NCBI GenBank assembly: GCA_964016885.1
Contig: OZ024747.1
Span: forward strand, 65,596,001 to 65,660,000
Length of the DNA: 64,000 nt
DNA from: Eledone cirrhosa
Taxonomy: Eukaryota
Reading direction: 5' to 3'
Positions 25,501 through 39,089 of this stretch are shown here, in pieces (the stretch's first letter is position 1; each line of letters starts with the position of its first letter). Position numbers and translations under genes: made by a program. The notes under the pieces were generated by a model, which saw only the letters and a list, made by a program, of their open reading frames with translations, searched no databases and was not told the DNA's origin.

Positions 25501-25692
25501 TTGTTTCAATTTTCATTTTTATTGTTTATATATATATATATGTTTCTATGTCCTTTTTTCTTTTCTTATATAAATAATAAAAATATTTACATGCACAAAA
25601 CCCACTTCGTACCGTCCTGTACCGTCTTGTGCCGTCTGTAATGTTTTTCTTGATGTCAGCCCTTGTGGCCAATAAAGAAATCATTATTATTC
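22548..25692 (+). mobile_element. Tx1/L1-clade LINE ORF2 (APE endonuclease end, RT, degenerate Cys-rich domain), 5'-truncated and pseudogenised
   Basis: SYLDRVF..., GPGYWKLN, KSPGLDGLPYELY, NFRSITLLNAEFKILAK, LDQSKAFDRVDH, VRQGCPL, AYADD, LLGVWFG, RKLSLKGR, GGLGMP, CPRSAQSDET...C; frameshifts near 22880 and 24175, stops at 23155 and 24954; AATAAA then (ATT)n tail. Confidence 0.93.
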
Positions 25693-26639
25693 ATATTACT
25701 GTTGCTATTATCATCATTATTATTACCAATATTATTATCATTATTACTACTGTTGTTGTTAGTATTATTATTATTATTATTGGTGTCTAGTTTCCCCACT
25801 AAAGAGCTTAAACAGCTTAAGTAACCTTTTATTTTTAGTCAAAACATATCATATTTAATGTTCCAAAAATGTGCCTCCCCCTCCCTCCCTCCTCTAACCA
25901 TCACCCACTCCTCACTATTTTCCGCTACTTCAATTCTATTTGTCTTCTCTAAATAATAGAAACACTGAAGGTCTCTAAGTAGTACTACTAGTATTAGGGC
26001 AGTAAACGGCAATATCAGTAGAGCGTTGGACATGCTTTGCAGCATATAGTTATGGCCCTTTACATTCTGAGTGCAAATCCCACCAAGGTTAGCTTTGCTT
26101 TTCCTCCTTATGGGGTTGATAAAATGAAGTACCAGTAACATACTAGGGTTGATTTAATCGACTTTCCCCTCCCCAAAAATTGTTGGTCTTGTGCCTAAAT
26201 TAGATACCATTAGTAATACACTGGGTAATTGCTGGCCTTGTGCCTAAAGTAGAAACAATTATTTTAATAGTAATACTAATGATAGTTTCTGATTTAGGCA
26301 CAAGGCTAGCAATTGTGTAACACAATAGAGTGGAAAGGGCCTTTCCCCCTCATAAATTACTGAGTAAACACATGGAGACGACATTGGTGCCCTGACAGAA
26401 TGCACCCAGTACACTTTGTAATGTGGTTAGTGATCAAACAGATAATATAAAGAAAAATGTTCAGTCTGGCAACCTTTGAAGTACTTGTGCCTGTATAAAA
26501 CATCCAATAAGTAACAATAACAAATATGCACTGTTTGAGCAAGAAACGTTATCTCTGACATGTCTAGTATTGTCCAACCCATGCCAACATGGATGGTAGA
26601 CATAAAATGATGGTGATAATATCTGTCTGCATCTCATAT

Positions 26640-26690
26640 TATCATCATTCATAGTGATGATGATGATGATGATGATGATGATGGTGGTGG

Positions 26691-26724
<34 letters not shown>

Positions 26725-26800
26725 GATGATGATGGTGGTGGTGATGATGATGATGATGGTGGTGGTGATGATGATGATGATGGTGGTGGTGATGATGATG
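26640..26800. repeat. (GAT)n/(GGT)n compound microsatellite
   Basis: Directly visible. Confidence 0.95.
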
Positions 26801-27969
26801 TCAGTAGCAGGTGTGGCTATGTGGCAAAGAAGTTCACTTTGCAACCACTTGATTTCAAGTTGAGTCCCATTGCATGTGATTTACCTACCAGTGAGGTATA
26901 GTATGGACCTGTAATTCTTGAGGGAATCGTATGGGTGCCATATTGACATATGGCATTTCTTAGGGCATTTTTAAACCTGGTGGAGATCATCCCTTCTCCT
27001 GGCCTGAGTCCTGAGTACAACAGATTTCATCCAGGGAAGGCTAGAGAGTGAGGGAAAGGAAGTGAGAAAGAGATATAGAGGAAGAATCGTCCCCAATTCT
27101 AGACTAGTACTGTTTTTTTATCAACATCAGTGGGATTCGAACTGGCTACTGTACTTTCAGTACACCCACCTCCACTGCTGATTCGAGAGTGAGAGAACAG
27201 AAGAATGAAAGATATATAGAGGAAAAATCGACCCCAGTACTAGACTGGTACTGTTTTTTTATCGACCTCAGTGGGATTTGAACTGAGAAAGAAGAGAGCA
27301 GAAATGGATACCTCAAAGCACTATCCAACGTTCTAATGATTCTGCAAATCCCTCAACAAATTCATCATATCAGATTTGAACTTACTGTCTGTCAGATTAC
27401 TCACACTATCTCTTAATATGTTTGCCAAATCCTCTTAGAATTTTCACCAATTTCTAAGAATTCAAATACTTAATTTCATTGATGTAATTTAATATATTAA
27501 TTATATAAAAACATGTAGAAAACACACAGCTGTCACTTTAAAAGAACCAGGCTAAAAAAATAATCAAAAAATTTTTTTTAATATTCTCTTAATATTGGAA
27601 ATTTTATAAATTTTGTATAATTCTTTTTTATATCAATATTTTAAACTGTAAGCTCATTATACGTTTTTATTGGATATATGTGAATACAAAAGACAGCAAG
27701 AGAGAGAGAGAACAAAATGTCAAGAGAAACAGTTGATAAAAAGTGGTTTAATGAAATTTGCCACAGGTGAAATGAAACTTATGTAACTAAAAATGATCTA
27801 CACATGCAAACATACAATACAAACACTCACATATGTGTACATTTAAAGATATTTGTGTGTGTGTGTTGGTGTGTGAGTGTGTGTATGTGTGTGTATATGT
27901 TGATGTGAACCACTGAATGAAATCACTAAAAGAATACAAGAGTGTATATATATATATATATCTCTCTAT

Positions 27970-28048
27970 CTAAGGCGGGTAAAATTCTCGAGATCCATGG
28001 ACGAGTTCTCTCCAGCGGTCTCTGTCCCTCATTATCGCTGCCATGTCC
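27970..28048 (-). mobile_element. Extremely 5'-truncated copy of the 10607-11585 RTE-like family
   Basis: Reverse complement ggacatggcagcgataatgagggacagagaccgctggagagaactcgtccatggatctc is nearly identical to 11497-11556; flanked by (TA)n. Confidence 0.9.
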
Positions 28049-28524
28049 TATATATATAGGATAATTAAACACACACGCACATGTATTATTTATATACCCT
28101 TCTATTCTTTTACTGATTTCATTCATTAGTCTTTGACCAAGCTGGGGCATTTAATCAATTTTATCAATCATATTCACTGCAGTACTTTTGTCATTTTTTG
28201 TTGTCGTTTTTTTTCAAGTTTGGTACTGATTTAATCAATTAATTTTATTGATCTGCTAAGTTATGGAACATAAATAGAGGAACACAAATGCATATATATA
28301 TAAATCATCATCATCGTTTAACGTCTATCTTCCATGCTAGCATGGGTTAGATGACAGTTGTCCCACTTGAGGCAAGATTGGTCGGGTGACCATGTCTTAC
28401 TCGTATAGGACTATCTGGCAGGTTTTCTACAGCTGGATGCCCTTCCTAACACCAACCACATTTTCAGTGTGAACTGGTAGCTTTTTTGTTGTGACACCTA
28501 CATGACCTCAAAAATATACATATA

Positions 28525-29836
28525 CGAGGGGGGATCAAAAAGTTCGCGGAATTTTTCAGAAAATATTCTATTTTTCAAAAAATATGATTTACCTTCAATT
28601 TATTTTTCTACATAGTTGCCAGGCAGGTCAATACACCTCACAAGGCGATGCTTCCAGCTTCGTAAGTCGTCTCTAAAGAAAGTCGAAGGCCTTGTTCGAA
28701 GCCATATGTTGGCAGTGTTTTTAGCTTCTTTAGCACCACTAAAACGGGTTCCTTTTAGCATTTCTTTGAGTTTTGGAAAGAGTAAAAAGTCTGATGGGTC
28801 TAAATCTGGACTATAAGGCAGGTGAGGAAGCACTTCCCATCGAAATTCTCGAAGAACTTCTTTTGCAACCCGCACAGAATGCGCTGGCGCATTGTCATGA
28901 TCAAAGAAGATCCCACCATGAAGTTTCCCTTTTCGTTTCTTGACTAATGCCTCTTTCAGCTTCCTTAAAACATTTGCAGAGTAAGCTCCTGTCACAGTTC
29001 TTTGACCTTCAAGATAATCTATTAGTATCACTCCATCTGAATCCCAGAAAATGGTGGCCATCACTTTTTGATCCGACTTTTGAGATTTAAACTTGATTGG
29101 CGCCGATGATCCACGTGGAAGCCACTGTTTTGACTGCTGTTTGGATTCAGGATCATACTGGTAGATCCAGGTTTCATCTCCGGTAATGATTCTGGTCAGG
29201 AAATGCTCTTCATCAACTTCAATTTTGTTTAATATTGCCAAAGACAGATCACTTCGAAGAATCAGCTGATCAGGGCGCAACGTTTTTGGGACCCATTGCC
29301 CTGAAAGCTTGCTTAGTCCCAAATTATCGTGCAGAATTGAATTTGCCGAACCATATGAAATGTCTAGGAACTTAGCTAACTGATTAACTGTTATTCTTCG
29401 ATCTTCTTCAATTAAAGTCTGAGCAGCCTCAACGTTTTGGTCATTTTTTGATGTTCCTAGTCTTCCACTGCAATCGTCGTCTTCAAGGTCGTCTCTCCCT
29501 TGTTTGAATCGCTGAATCCACTTGTAGACAGCAGTTTTCTTTTGAGCAGTAGTACCGTAAACTTTAACTAAAGCCTCCATAATCTGTGTCCCTTTCTATT
29601 TGAGTTTCACCAGAAACTTGATATTCGATCTTATCTCAAAATAACTATTTTCCATTGTTCCAAAAAGAGGTTTTTTAAAGAGTGTCAGTACTGTACAATA
29701 GTCTGCGCATAACTGACTGCAAGTGACTAATAGCAAGGTAAACACCCAGTGACAATGTTCTGACATGTTTAATATTGTTTTAACCTATTTTTTTCTTACT
29801 ACGATAAAATTCCGCGAACTTTTTGATCCCCCCTCA
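28525..29836 (-). mobile_element. Full-length mariner transposon (Hsmar2-like, irritans-type)
   Basis: TIRs cgaggggggatcaaaaagttcgcggaatttt / aaaattccgcgaactttttgatcccccctca; TA TSDs at 28523-28524 and 29837-29838; 1312 bp. Confidence 0.97.
28600..29655 (-). pseudogene. Mariner D,D34D transposase (351 codons) with one premature stop at codon 20
   Basis: MENSYFEIRSNIKFLVKLK*KGTQIMEALV...WVPKTL...TGDETW...HDNAPAH...YSPDLDPSDF...YVEK; 34 residues counted between the second and third catalytic D. Confidence 0.93.
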
Positions 29837-29879
29837 TATATACATATATACATATACACACACACATATATATATGTGC

Positions 29880-30345
29880 CATCCTTCATACACACCACAT
29901 GTCCATACCAACATAATCTCCTCTCCTACACACTGCATCTGATCCCTCATATGCCCAGTTTCTCTCTCAGTTCATTTATACTTTACCATTCATGTATATT
30001 ACTATTACACATCCATCAAATCATGCCAGCTTAATTTCTTTCCAATCTTCGCAGGTCCTCAGCACACAGCACCACCTGGATGCTAAATTCTTCACTACAG
30101 TTATTGTTAGACCTAACTTTGATGACTGCTCCTCAATACATGACTAGTACTGCCTTCACAAGCCACTCATCTACTCCTAATTTTCTTAGAGCCCACCAGA
30201 TTATGGCACAGGTGGGTCTAGAGGCTTACTTTTATCAAGTGTTTCTCCTGTAGTTGCTTCACAAGGAAGAGGGCATCAATGGTACCTTTACTTGGCATAA
30301 ATCCGAATTACATCTCATCTAGGTTAACCCAGTCCCTAATCAGCT
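29880..30345 (-). mobile_element. Degraded, internally deleted RTE (BovB-like) LINE, related to 42388-44533
   Basis: Minus-strand pieces IRDWVNLDEM*FGFMPSKGTIDALFLVKQLQEK, IIWWALRKLGVDEWLVKAV and ELREKLGI*GIRC..ERRLCWYGHV. Confidence 0.8.
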
Positions 30346-30961
30346 GTACATATATAGAATGAGTAAATGAATAGTTACAGAGAGAGAAACATACATGCAT
30401 GCGTGTGTGTGTGTGTGTGTACACACAAACATATATGGTGGTGCAATAAAAGAACATTGTCTAAACATATTGCATCCACATTTACATAAGTATACATACA
30501 CATATCATCCATGGTTTATCATTGTATCTCACACATGACAAACATACACCATACATGCAGCTATTCACACAACACACACAATATTCACACCTACACACAC
30601 ACAACACATGATACAAATGCGCACAACTACACACGGAAACTCACAATATATACACAGCTACACATACACTATCACCCCCAGCAAACAACACAATAGAAGC
30701 AGATTCACACACATACAACACATCAACACACACAATATACATGCAGCTAATCCCCTCACACACACACAGATCCTACAGTCTCACCTAGACATAATTCTGA
30801 CATGACCCACACACAGGTGTGTTAAATGGCTACAACTGAGTCTCAGAAATATTTCTTGCTTAGACCAGCAATGTCTCAGACATACAGAATTTACAGCAAT
30901 AAATGGTGTTAAAAGAACTTGGTATTTAGAAGAACAGAGAGAAAATGGGTGTGTTATCTAA

Positions 30962-31520
<559 letters not shown>

Positions 31521-31804
31521 ACTGCTTCTTGGCATTGAAAATATTGCTTTTTTTTTTAATCTTTTTTAAATCAGTAAGCCATATTCACAGACTATGTTCT
31601 GGTTTTTCTGTCTGGGCTTTTTTTTCTGTATAGCTTTCTTTCTTTCTTTGTCATTTCTATTTATTTTTATCTCATCTATTTACAGTTCCATCCTCCAAGA
31701 AGTTTTACAGTTCTCATTTATTCAGACAACCATAATGCAACCATTATTGTTCTCCTTTCTTTCTTTAACAATAACAAAGATTGTGATAAGCTAGTTGTTT
31801 ATTG

Positions 31805-31865
<61 letters not shown>

Positions 31866-32161
31866 CATTTACATATGTGTCTGTGCATATATATATATGT
31901 ATATGTATGTATATAGGTGTATGTATATGGGTGTGTGTGTGTGTATGCATGTTGATACATGTGTATGTGTGTGTATGAATATATATATACACACACATTA
32001 CATATATACACACACACACTAACCAGATATATTGGTGAAAAGTTGAAAGAGTTAGCAGGAAGGTTGAACATTTTTCAAAAGAAAATCATTAAATCTATTT
32101 CATGAAATGATACAAATATCTTTAATAGAAATATAATAACGAACATATACATACGCATACT

Positions 32162-32197
<36 letters not shown>

Positions 32198-32291
32198 CAT
32201 ATAGATAGATATTGATATTAGTATAAAAGATTCTTATTTCACTTCACAACACCATAAAATTGATTTAAAGATTTTATTTCAAAACTTTTCG

Positions 32292-32350
<59 letters not shown>

Positions 32351-32884
32351 AAAATTTAGAATATTACAAGGCTTGTCATCTTCGAACAATAATTATTTGA
32401 ACTCAAAGTATGAAATTTTTAGAGGATGCCTACATCTCAAAGGCCAACTCCTTGCAAAGTAGAGACAAATTCAACTGATTTTCAACCACCTTCATATTGA
32501 TTTATATACTTCCTTAATATCTTTTCTTTCTCCACACTTACATAATACAGCACACTTTCTATACCACTCAAATCCATACTTTAATAGATATAAATATTTC
32601 TATATTACATAACACCACATAATATCTGCTATAGTGCACACACACTAACAAGAATACACAATATTTGCCATTTCAAATTTACATCTTTCAGTTAGTTCCC
32701 TTTGGTATACCACATTTTCATAAACAAGCATTTCACATGCTACATTTTTAATGGTATCTTCAAACACGTCCAAGCGCCTGAAGATTAAGTCACAAATTTG
32801 ATCCCTCTTACCTAGAGATATGGTCAATATTGGGCCTTGAAATCTTAGGTAATGCTTTTGTTCCATGTAAGAACATACATACGA

Positions 32885-33995
32885 TCTTTTTAACTGGTTG
32901 AAGTCCTTCATTCTCAGTCGAAGAGAGGTAGTCACGGTTCTGGGACAGCATTCCTCACCATATGAGATGTCATCTGGTGTACCTCAGGGATCTGTTCTTG
33001 GCCCCCTTTTGTTTGTGGCATATATTAATGACATAGATGCCAACTTAAGGAATGCCACAGTACTAAAGTACGCAGACGACATCAAGCTGTACCTTGAGAT
33101 AAAAAGGACAGATCCTGAACACTATAGATCTTGCTTGCAGTCTGACCTGGACACAATGCAACAGTGGATCTCAGACTGGCAACTCAAGCTAGCTGTGGAC
33201 AAGTGCACCACCATGCATTTTGGGAGTAAAAACCCAGCGTCCACATACTCCCTCCACAGCACTAATATCAAGAAGTCTTCCTGTGAACGTGACCTGGGCA
33301 TTACGGTCAGCAGCGATTTGCGTTGGACGAGGCACGTCTCTAAAATTGTCAAGAGGGCCGAGGGTGTCTTAGCATCACTCAGCAAGACCTTTGTCAGCCG
33401 CTCTCCAGCTATCTATTTAAGGCTGTATACAGCTATGGTGCGACCACACTTAGAATTTGCATCACCAGTCTGGAACCCCTATCTTGCTCAGGACATTGAC
33501 CGCCTGGAAACTGTTCAGAGACGTGCAACCAAGCGAATACCCTCCATCAGGCATCTACCATACTCTGATCGCCTTGCTTCCCTGGGCATGGATTCATTGA
33601 AGCTCCGACGCCTGGCAACTGACTTGGTAAACACCCACAAAATTGTTAACCATGTTGCCAACAACAACCCTGAGTGCCTTTTCGATTTCCATGTGTCTAA
33701 CACACGTGGACATGCCCACAAAGTAAGAAAACAGCACAGTTCCCATGACTTTCGGAAACATTTTTTCACGCTCAGAGTTGCTGAAGCATGGAACAAACTA
33801 CCTGCATCAGTTGTTAGCTGTCGAGACACTGCATCCTTTAAGGCCTCCATGCTTCCCGAGATCCGCCAACACTACAGCTAACACATACAAACATGTACTT
33901 CCCTGGCATTTGTGTATTATTCTATGTACTATATTGACGAGTTGTAGTGCACCTGAGCACTTTACACAATAATTTCATTATTATTTTATTATTAT
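32885..33995 (+). mobile_element. 5'-truncated CR1-clade LINE; RT C-terminal reading frame uninterrupted (32898-33881)
   Basis: SGVPQGSVLGPLLF, KYADDIKLY, ERDLGI, YTAMVRPHLEFASPVWNPY, TRGH, FFTLRVAEAWNKLP; short 3' UTR and (ATT)n tail. Confidence 0.93.
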
Positions 33996-33996
33996 A

Positions 33997-35196
33997 TCTA
34001 TATATTAATTTCATCAACGTCATTATTCCATGTGTCATAATTCTCGATTATCATTGGTTCATAGGTTTCAAATGACTCCGCCCACCTCAACGACGCCAAA
34101 CTTAAATTAATATGCATAATGCCAATGAGGGAGTGAGAGGGGAGAGTAAGAAACAGAGAGGCAAAGTTAACGCTGTAACTATTACCATGTGTGCGTGTGT
34201 ATGTACATGCATGTATTTATGTGTGTGTACGTGCGTGCAGCGTTCCACAGAAAATAAAGGCAATTCGACTTTATCAAACAGTGAACTACAGCGGCGATGG
34301 TGTGCAGCCAGGAATGAAGAAAAACGGGCCAAACAGCACCATCGCAACGCTGAACTTCAGAGGCGAAGACGTGCCGCCATGAATGAAGGGGAGCTGGCTG
34401 AACAACGCCAACGAAACACTGGAGCCAAGCAACGACGGCGTGCTGCGATGGTTGAAGACGAACTGGCTAAGCATCATATTTTATATTAATTATCTATATC
34501 TACATCATCATCATCATCATTTCATTTTACGTCCGCTTTTTCCCTGCTTGCAAGGGTGGAACGGGAACTGATTCTGGGTTGATTTCTACAGCTGGATGCC
34601 CTTCCTAACACCAACCTCATTTACAGTGAGTGCTGGGTGCTTTTTTGCCGTGGCACCTCCACGACCACTTTACAGTGGAATGATATGGACCCCAGTCCCT
34701 ATCATCTCATTTCTACAGCTGAGTAAACTGGAGCAATGTGAAATAAAGTGTCTTGCTCAAGGAAACAACACATCACCCGGTCTGAGAATTGAACTCACAA
34801 CCTTTCGATTGCAAGGCCAATGCCACTAAGCCATGTGCCTCCACTATCTACATATAATAAAAAAAGATTGTAACTTCCATCATCCTTTTGAGAAACGTGG
34901 AACAACCACGTCTATGCAATGATACACGTTTTACAGTCACGCAGAAGATGAACCATCTCCTAGAGGTCACTATTCTAGGTGGGAGCACCTAGAATTATTC
35001 ATATACTATGCACAAACGGTACAACGAAGAATCTGGTATATCTGGAAGATTTTTTTTTTACTGTTTTCTGTATCACACAGACACTACGGACTCGCCTCAT
35101 ACTGTAACCAGACAAACATCCAATACAGTAACTTTCTCTTTTACCTGTCTTCTCTTATCATCTGTTTACCAGAGCGAAGCCGGGTACGTCAGCTAG
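33997..35196 (+). mobile_element. Non-autonomous Helitron-like element(s)
   Basis: Starts a|TCtatatatt, with a second TC-type start near 34848 (tctacatataataaaa). Ends gagcgaagccgggtacgtcagCTAG|t with a GCGAAGC mini-hairpin. Internal repeats encode ELQRRRRAAMNEGELAEQRQRN, like Helitron N-terminal charged repeats. Confidence 0.65.
34506..34844 (-). mobile_element. Full-length tRNA-derived SINE with RTE-type tail and 9-bp TSD
   Basis: Nearly identical to the reverse complement of 44846-45187; TSD tatctacat at 34497-34505 and 34845-34853. Confidence 0.92.
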
Positions 35197-36946
35197 TATA
35201 TATTATTTTCGTTTATTTTACTATGGACTACCTTTTATTATCAGTATCTATCCTTTGTGAGCCTGTCTCTATTTTTGTACTCCTAAAGAACATACAGCAG
35301 AGTCTGTCGATACAATATACACATCTGTCTATTCTTCAGATTTCCAGAGAGTGAAGTATGGGCTGCAATCAGACAGATAGCAGCTTCCTTATTCATCTCT
35401 GGTAAGCTGAGTTCCTGTTAGATATACCAGGTCATGTGATAGAATTAAAAAAGGCTAGCTGTGATTTATTGAAATGCTGAAAGGTACAGGGGCCATAATT
35501 CTCCCATTAGTAGGGGCAGTAATTCTTTGGTTCTCCTCGGAATTATATTCAGTATAGCTGATGTGAACTGGGGCAAAGTATAAGTCCCTCAGTGAGGAAA
35601 AGATATTTTCAATTTCTTGTTGAGTGACACCAGTGACTACTTCAAGATGTGCAACTTCTTGGACAAGCTGAGTCAATAATTATTCAATCAACTAGTATAA
35701 AATAGGTTTCCATGACCAATGCTTCAAGTTATATTAGGGCAGTCATGCTGCTCAGTTTAACACAACTTGGTCCTTGATTACCTTTAGTCAACCTTGTTGA
35801 AATTGTTTGAGCCAGATTTCCACATTGAAGACTTTTGGCAAATGTGTTAAAGCATATGCTTTGTGGTGTTTATTCTAGTGCACTGAAATCAAACCCTGCC
35901 ATAGTTGACTTTGCCTATCATCCTTTCAGTATTGATAAGATAAAAGCCCTAGCCCAAGTCTGTGGATTGATGGAACTGTGAGAGTGTCAGACAGGATCCC
36001 TTGCATTATTTATTCTGGCCATTTATGTTTTTAATCAAGCCACAGCTTTAACACAATCACCTGGTCATTGAGTGCCTTTAATAAAGTTCAATCTGTTGTA
36101 AATATCCAAACAAGATCTCCAGTTTGAAGATGACAGTTGTCCCTCCTCCTACAAGTCTCAGAGACCCTGAAAAAATAAAGAGTCAGAAGTTTGGGTTTCT
36201 GTCCTACCCATCTTGAGTAGTAAAAAAGCAGATTGGAACTTAACTTGAACTTTTCTAAAAGAAACAAACAAATAAGTAAAATGTCTTTTAGTAAAAAATA
36301 TTTTTAAACCAGAAAATTTGTTGCAGTTAAAATTATTGTTTTGTATATAAAAAATTAACCAAAAGACAAATTTTAACTTCTGATGTAACACTTGAGTAGA
36401 TAGATAATATTGTCACCAGCTATTTGACAAATGGTAATCATTTAAGATATTTAAATTTAAAAAATTGAATTCACTATTAAAACTAAAAAAATTGGTAACA
36501 GTAAAAAATATAGTTTGTTTCTTACGTTTTGTATTTTTACACGAGAAGAACTAAAAGCTAAACTAAAACTTAGGGTTTCACACATCAATGGATGTATGAT
36601 TGTATCACCATTTCTTCTGACAAATTGTTGTTATTCAAAATGTTTAAATAATCTTAAAAAATAGAATTTTATTTTTGCTTTTTGGGGGGTTTTTTCAGCA
36701 ACCTGAAACAAAATCCGTTAGACTTTTACATAGAATATTAATTCATTTGAAATCTTAGCAATTATATTTCTTTCTTTATCTTTCTAAAGAATTACAAAAA
36801 CAGGCACTGCTGTACATGTTAAGTACACTTGAAGAATTGTTAGTATTTGTACCAGTTGTCATGTTCTGAGTTGAAAAGCTTGTCAAGATAAATTTTGTCT
36901 TTTATTCTTCTTTTATCTTAGGTATACTTAACTATTTTTACCCTTG

Positions 36947-36996
<50 letters not shown>

Positions 36997-37039
36997 TCAT
37001 CATCACCATTTTACATCTATTCTTCTATGCTAGATGGTG

Positions 37040-37350
37040 GTGAGTAGGAAGGTGGCCCTAAGGCCAACGATACCAGAAGTTTCCACTGCTATAGGCTTGA
37101 CCACAAACCTGTCATAGAGCGATCGATATTTGGAAAGTTTACCCTCCTTAGCCAGAATTGCAGCAGAACCTGGGTTAGTTGCAGACTGCACCAGATTGCT
37201 GCTGGAGAAAGTGTTACTGCATCCCAGATGAAGGTTTTACCATTGCAGAATGAGAAGATGGTCATGCCGTCTGGCCTTTTGCCGTCTCCTTGGTCCAGCC
37301 CCACTAGCTCGAGCTGGGAGGGGAAGCCTGCAACATCCAAGCCATGCTTT
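37040..37350 (-). mobile_element. CRE-like non-LTR fragment (restriction-like endonuclease domain)
   Basis: LDVAGFPSQLELVGLDQGDGKRPDGMTIFSFCNGKTFIWDA fits the DGKRPDG..P(W/F)..GK.L.WD motif; frameshifted afterwards. Confidence 0.7.
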
Positions 37351-38489
37351 GTGATTATAATGTGATGTCAGAGTTCTTTTGTAATTTTCAAGATTGTCTT
37401 GCTAATATGGCTTCATGTGCTACATGACATTCAAACATAAACAACTAGAACATCCCACATTGAAACCATTGCAAGATTCATTTATGTGGGTAAATATATT
37501 TGGTATTTGTTTATCATTTAGTTTTGCCAGTGATGAATAAAACTGTAAAGGAGAACAGAATATTTTATATACACACTTTATATAGTGGTAATGCTGGTGT
37601 CATCATAAAATACACCCAATACCCTCTATACAGTGATTGACATTAGGAAGGGCATCCAGCTGTAGAAACCATGTCAAAATGTTATGCATGAGCAAGGTGT
37701 GGTCATTTGAGGTGTCTAGTCTCAGAACATTACAACCTATCCAACCCATTCCAGCATGGAAAACAGTCATAAGATGGTGATGATATTTTATATTCACATG
37801 CTTTATGCACATTCTGCTGCAGTGGTAAATATAATAGTAAAAGACAAAATTATATTTTATATAAAACTAAGAAAATATTTTGCATCAGATTTTGGTTTTT
37901 AAGAAAGAATATGAGATGAACATCAATTATTTCCAAAGAATAGCAGATGGGATGATAGAGGGAGAGAGAGAGAGATAACTTTATTTGCTTCATAAATACA
38001 TTGCTCAAAGGTCATATTATACAAATACTCTCTGGTCTATTGGCTTTTTCAGATTCTAATGAGGCATGAAGTTCTTCAGGCAACCATTACTGTGAAATGT
38101 GGCTATGGAATTTTGCTAAAAGACATCTTCAATTGTTGTTGTTGTCAAGCTGTGTAGTTTCTGTCTTGAGAATAGCCTAGAACTTTTACAGGTCAATAAT
38201 TAAATGTTAATTTTGAAAACAACATTTAATGTGAATAACAAAACAAATGAGGAATATGGAATTTTGATCGCATAAAGATAGAGAGAACTGAAAGATATTA
38301 AGAAATAATAAACATTTCTGTGTGTGTGTGTGTGTGTGTAATCTCTCTCTTTCATATATATTAACAGTTGTTAATGATAACTATAAAAACATAAAATGCA
38401 TGTACAGAAAATATGAAGAAATATTTTATAAACACAAAATACATAACTTCAAACCATTGACTGAAACCAGTAGAAAAGAAAAAACAAAT

Positions 38490-38960
38490 GTGCTGGGACC
38501 AATATGGTTGGTTAAATCCCTTGGTGGTCTTAGTCCAATGATTGAAACCAATAAAAACATATCTACTGGGGGCCAATATAGTTGGTTAAATCCCTAGGTG
38601 GTGCTTCAGCATGGCCTCAGTGCAATGACTGAAATCAATATGGTTGGTTAACCCTTTAGCATTTAAATCGGCTGTATCCAGCCAGAATTCTCTCACCTCT
38701 TTCTGTTCAAACCAGCCACAGCCAGCTGCTCATACATATGTGAAGGTATTGTTCTCAAAATACTATCAAAATCTCATAGATTCAATATTATGGGAGATAA
38801 TTATGTGAGGTAAAACCTTTACTGTGAAAATACAATAGTAAATATAGAGTAATATAAATGCTAAAGGGTTAAATCCCTTGGTGGTGCTCCAGTATAGCCT
38901 CAGTCCAATGACTGAAACAAATCAAAAAAATAGGTACTGGGGTCAATATGATTGGCTAAA
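38490..38960 (+). repeat. Degenerate ~60-75-bp tandem repeat, with a MITE inserted in one unit
   Basis: aatatggttggttaaatcccttggtggt...agtccaatgactgaaac recurs near 38500, 38576, 38637/38873 and 38945. Confidence 0.75.
38652..38868. mobile_element. piggyBac-type MITE family 1 (opposite orientation)
   Basis: TTAA|ccctttagcattta ... taaatgctaaaggg|TTAA; neighbouring repeat units show the empty site. Another partial end at ~41215-41264. Confidence 0.92.
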
Positions 38961-39089
38961 TTTCCTGAGGATGAAACATATGATAAAATAAAGAACAGAT
39001 GATAGTTACTGATAATTATCTCCCTGATATATACCTATGTTATATCAGTAATAGTAGGTGGGTGGAGCATTAGGTAATAGAAATACGTA

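Noticed and set aside
35455-35676. 73-aa minus-strand ORF as a further exon of the CFAP65-like gene
   Set aside because: Bounded by in-frame stops, no convincing splice sites and no recognisable similarity.
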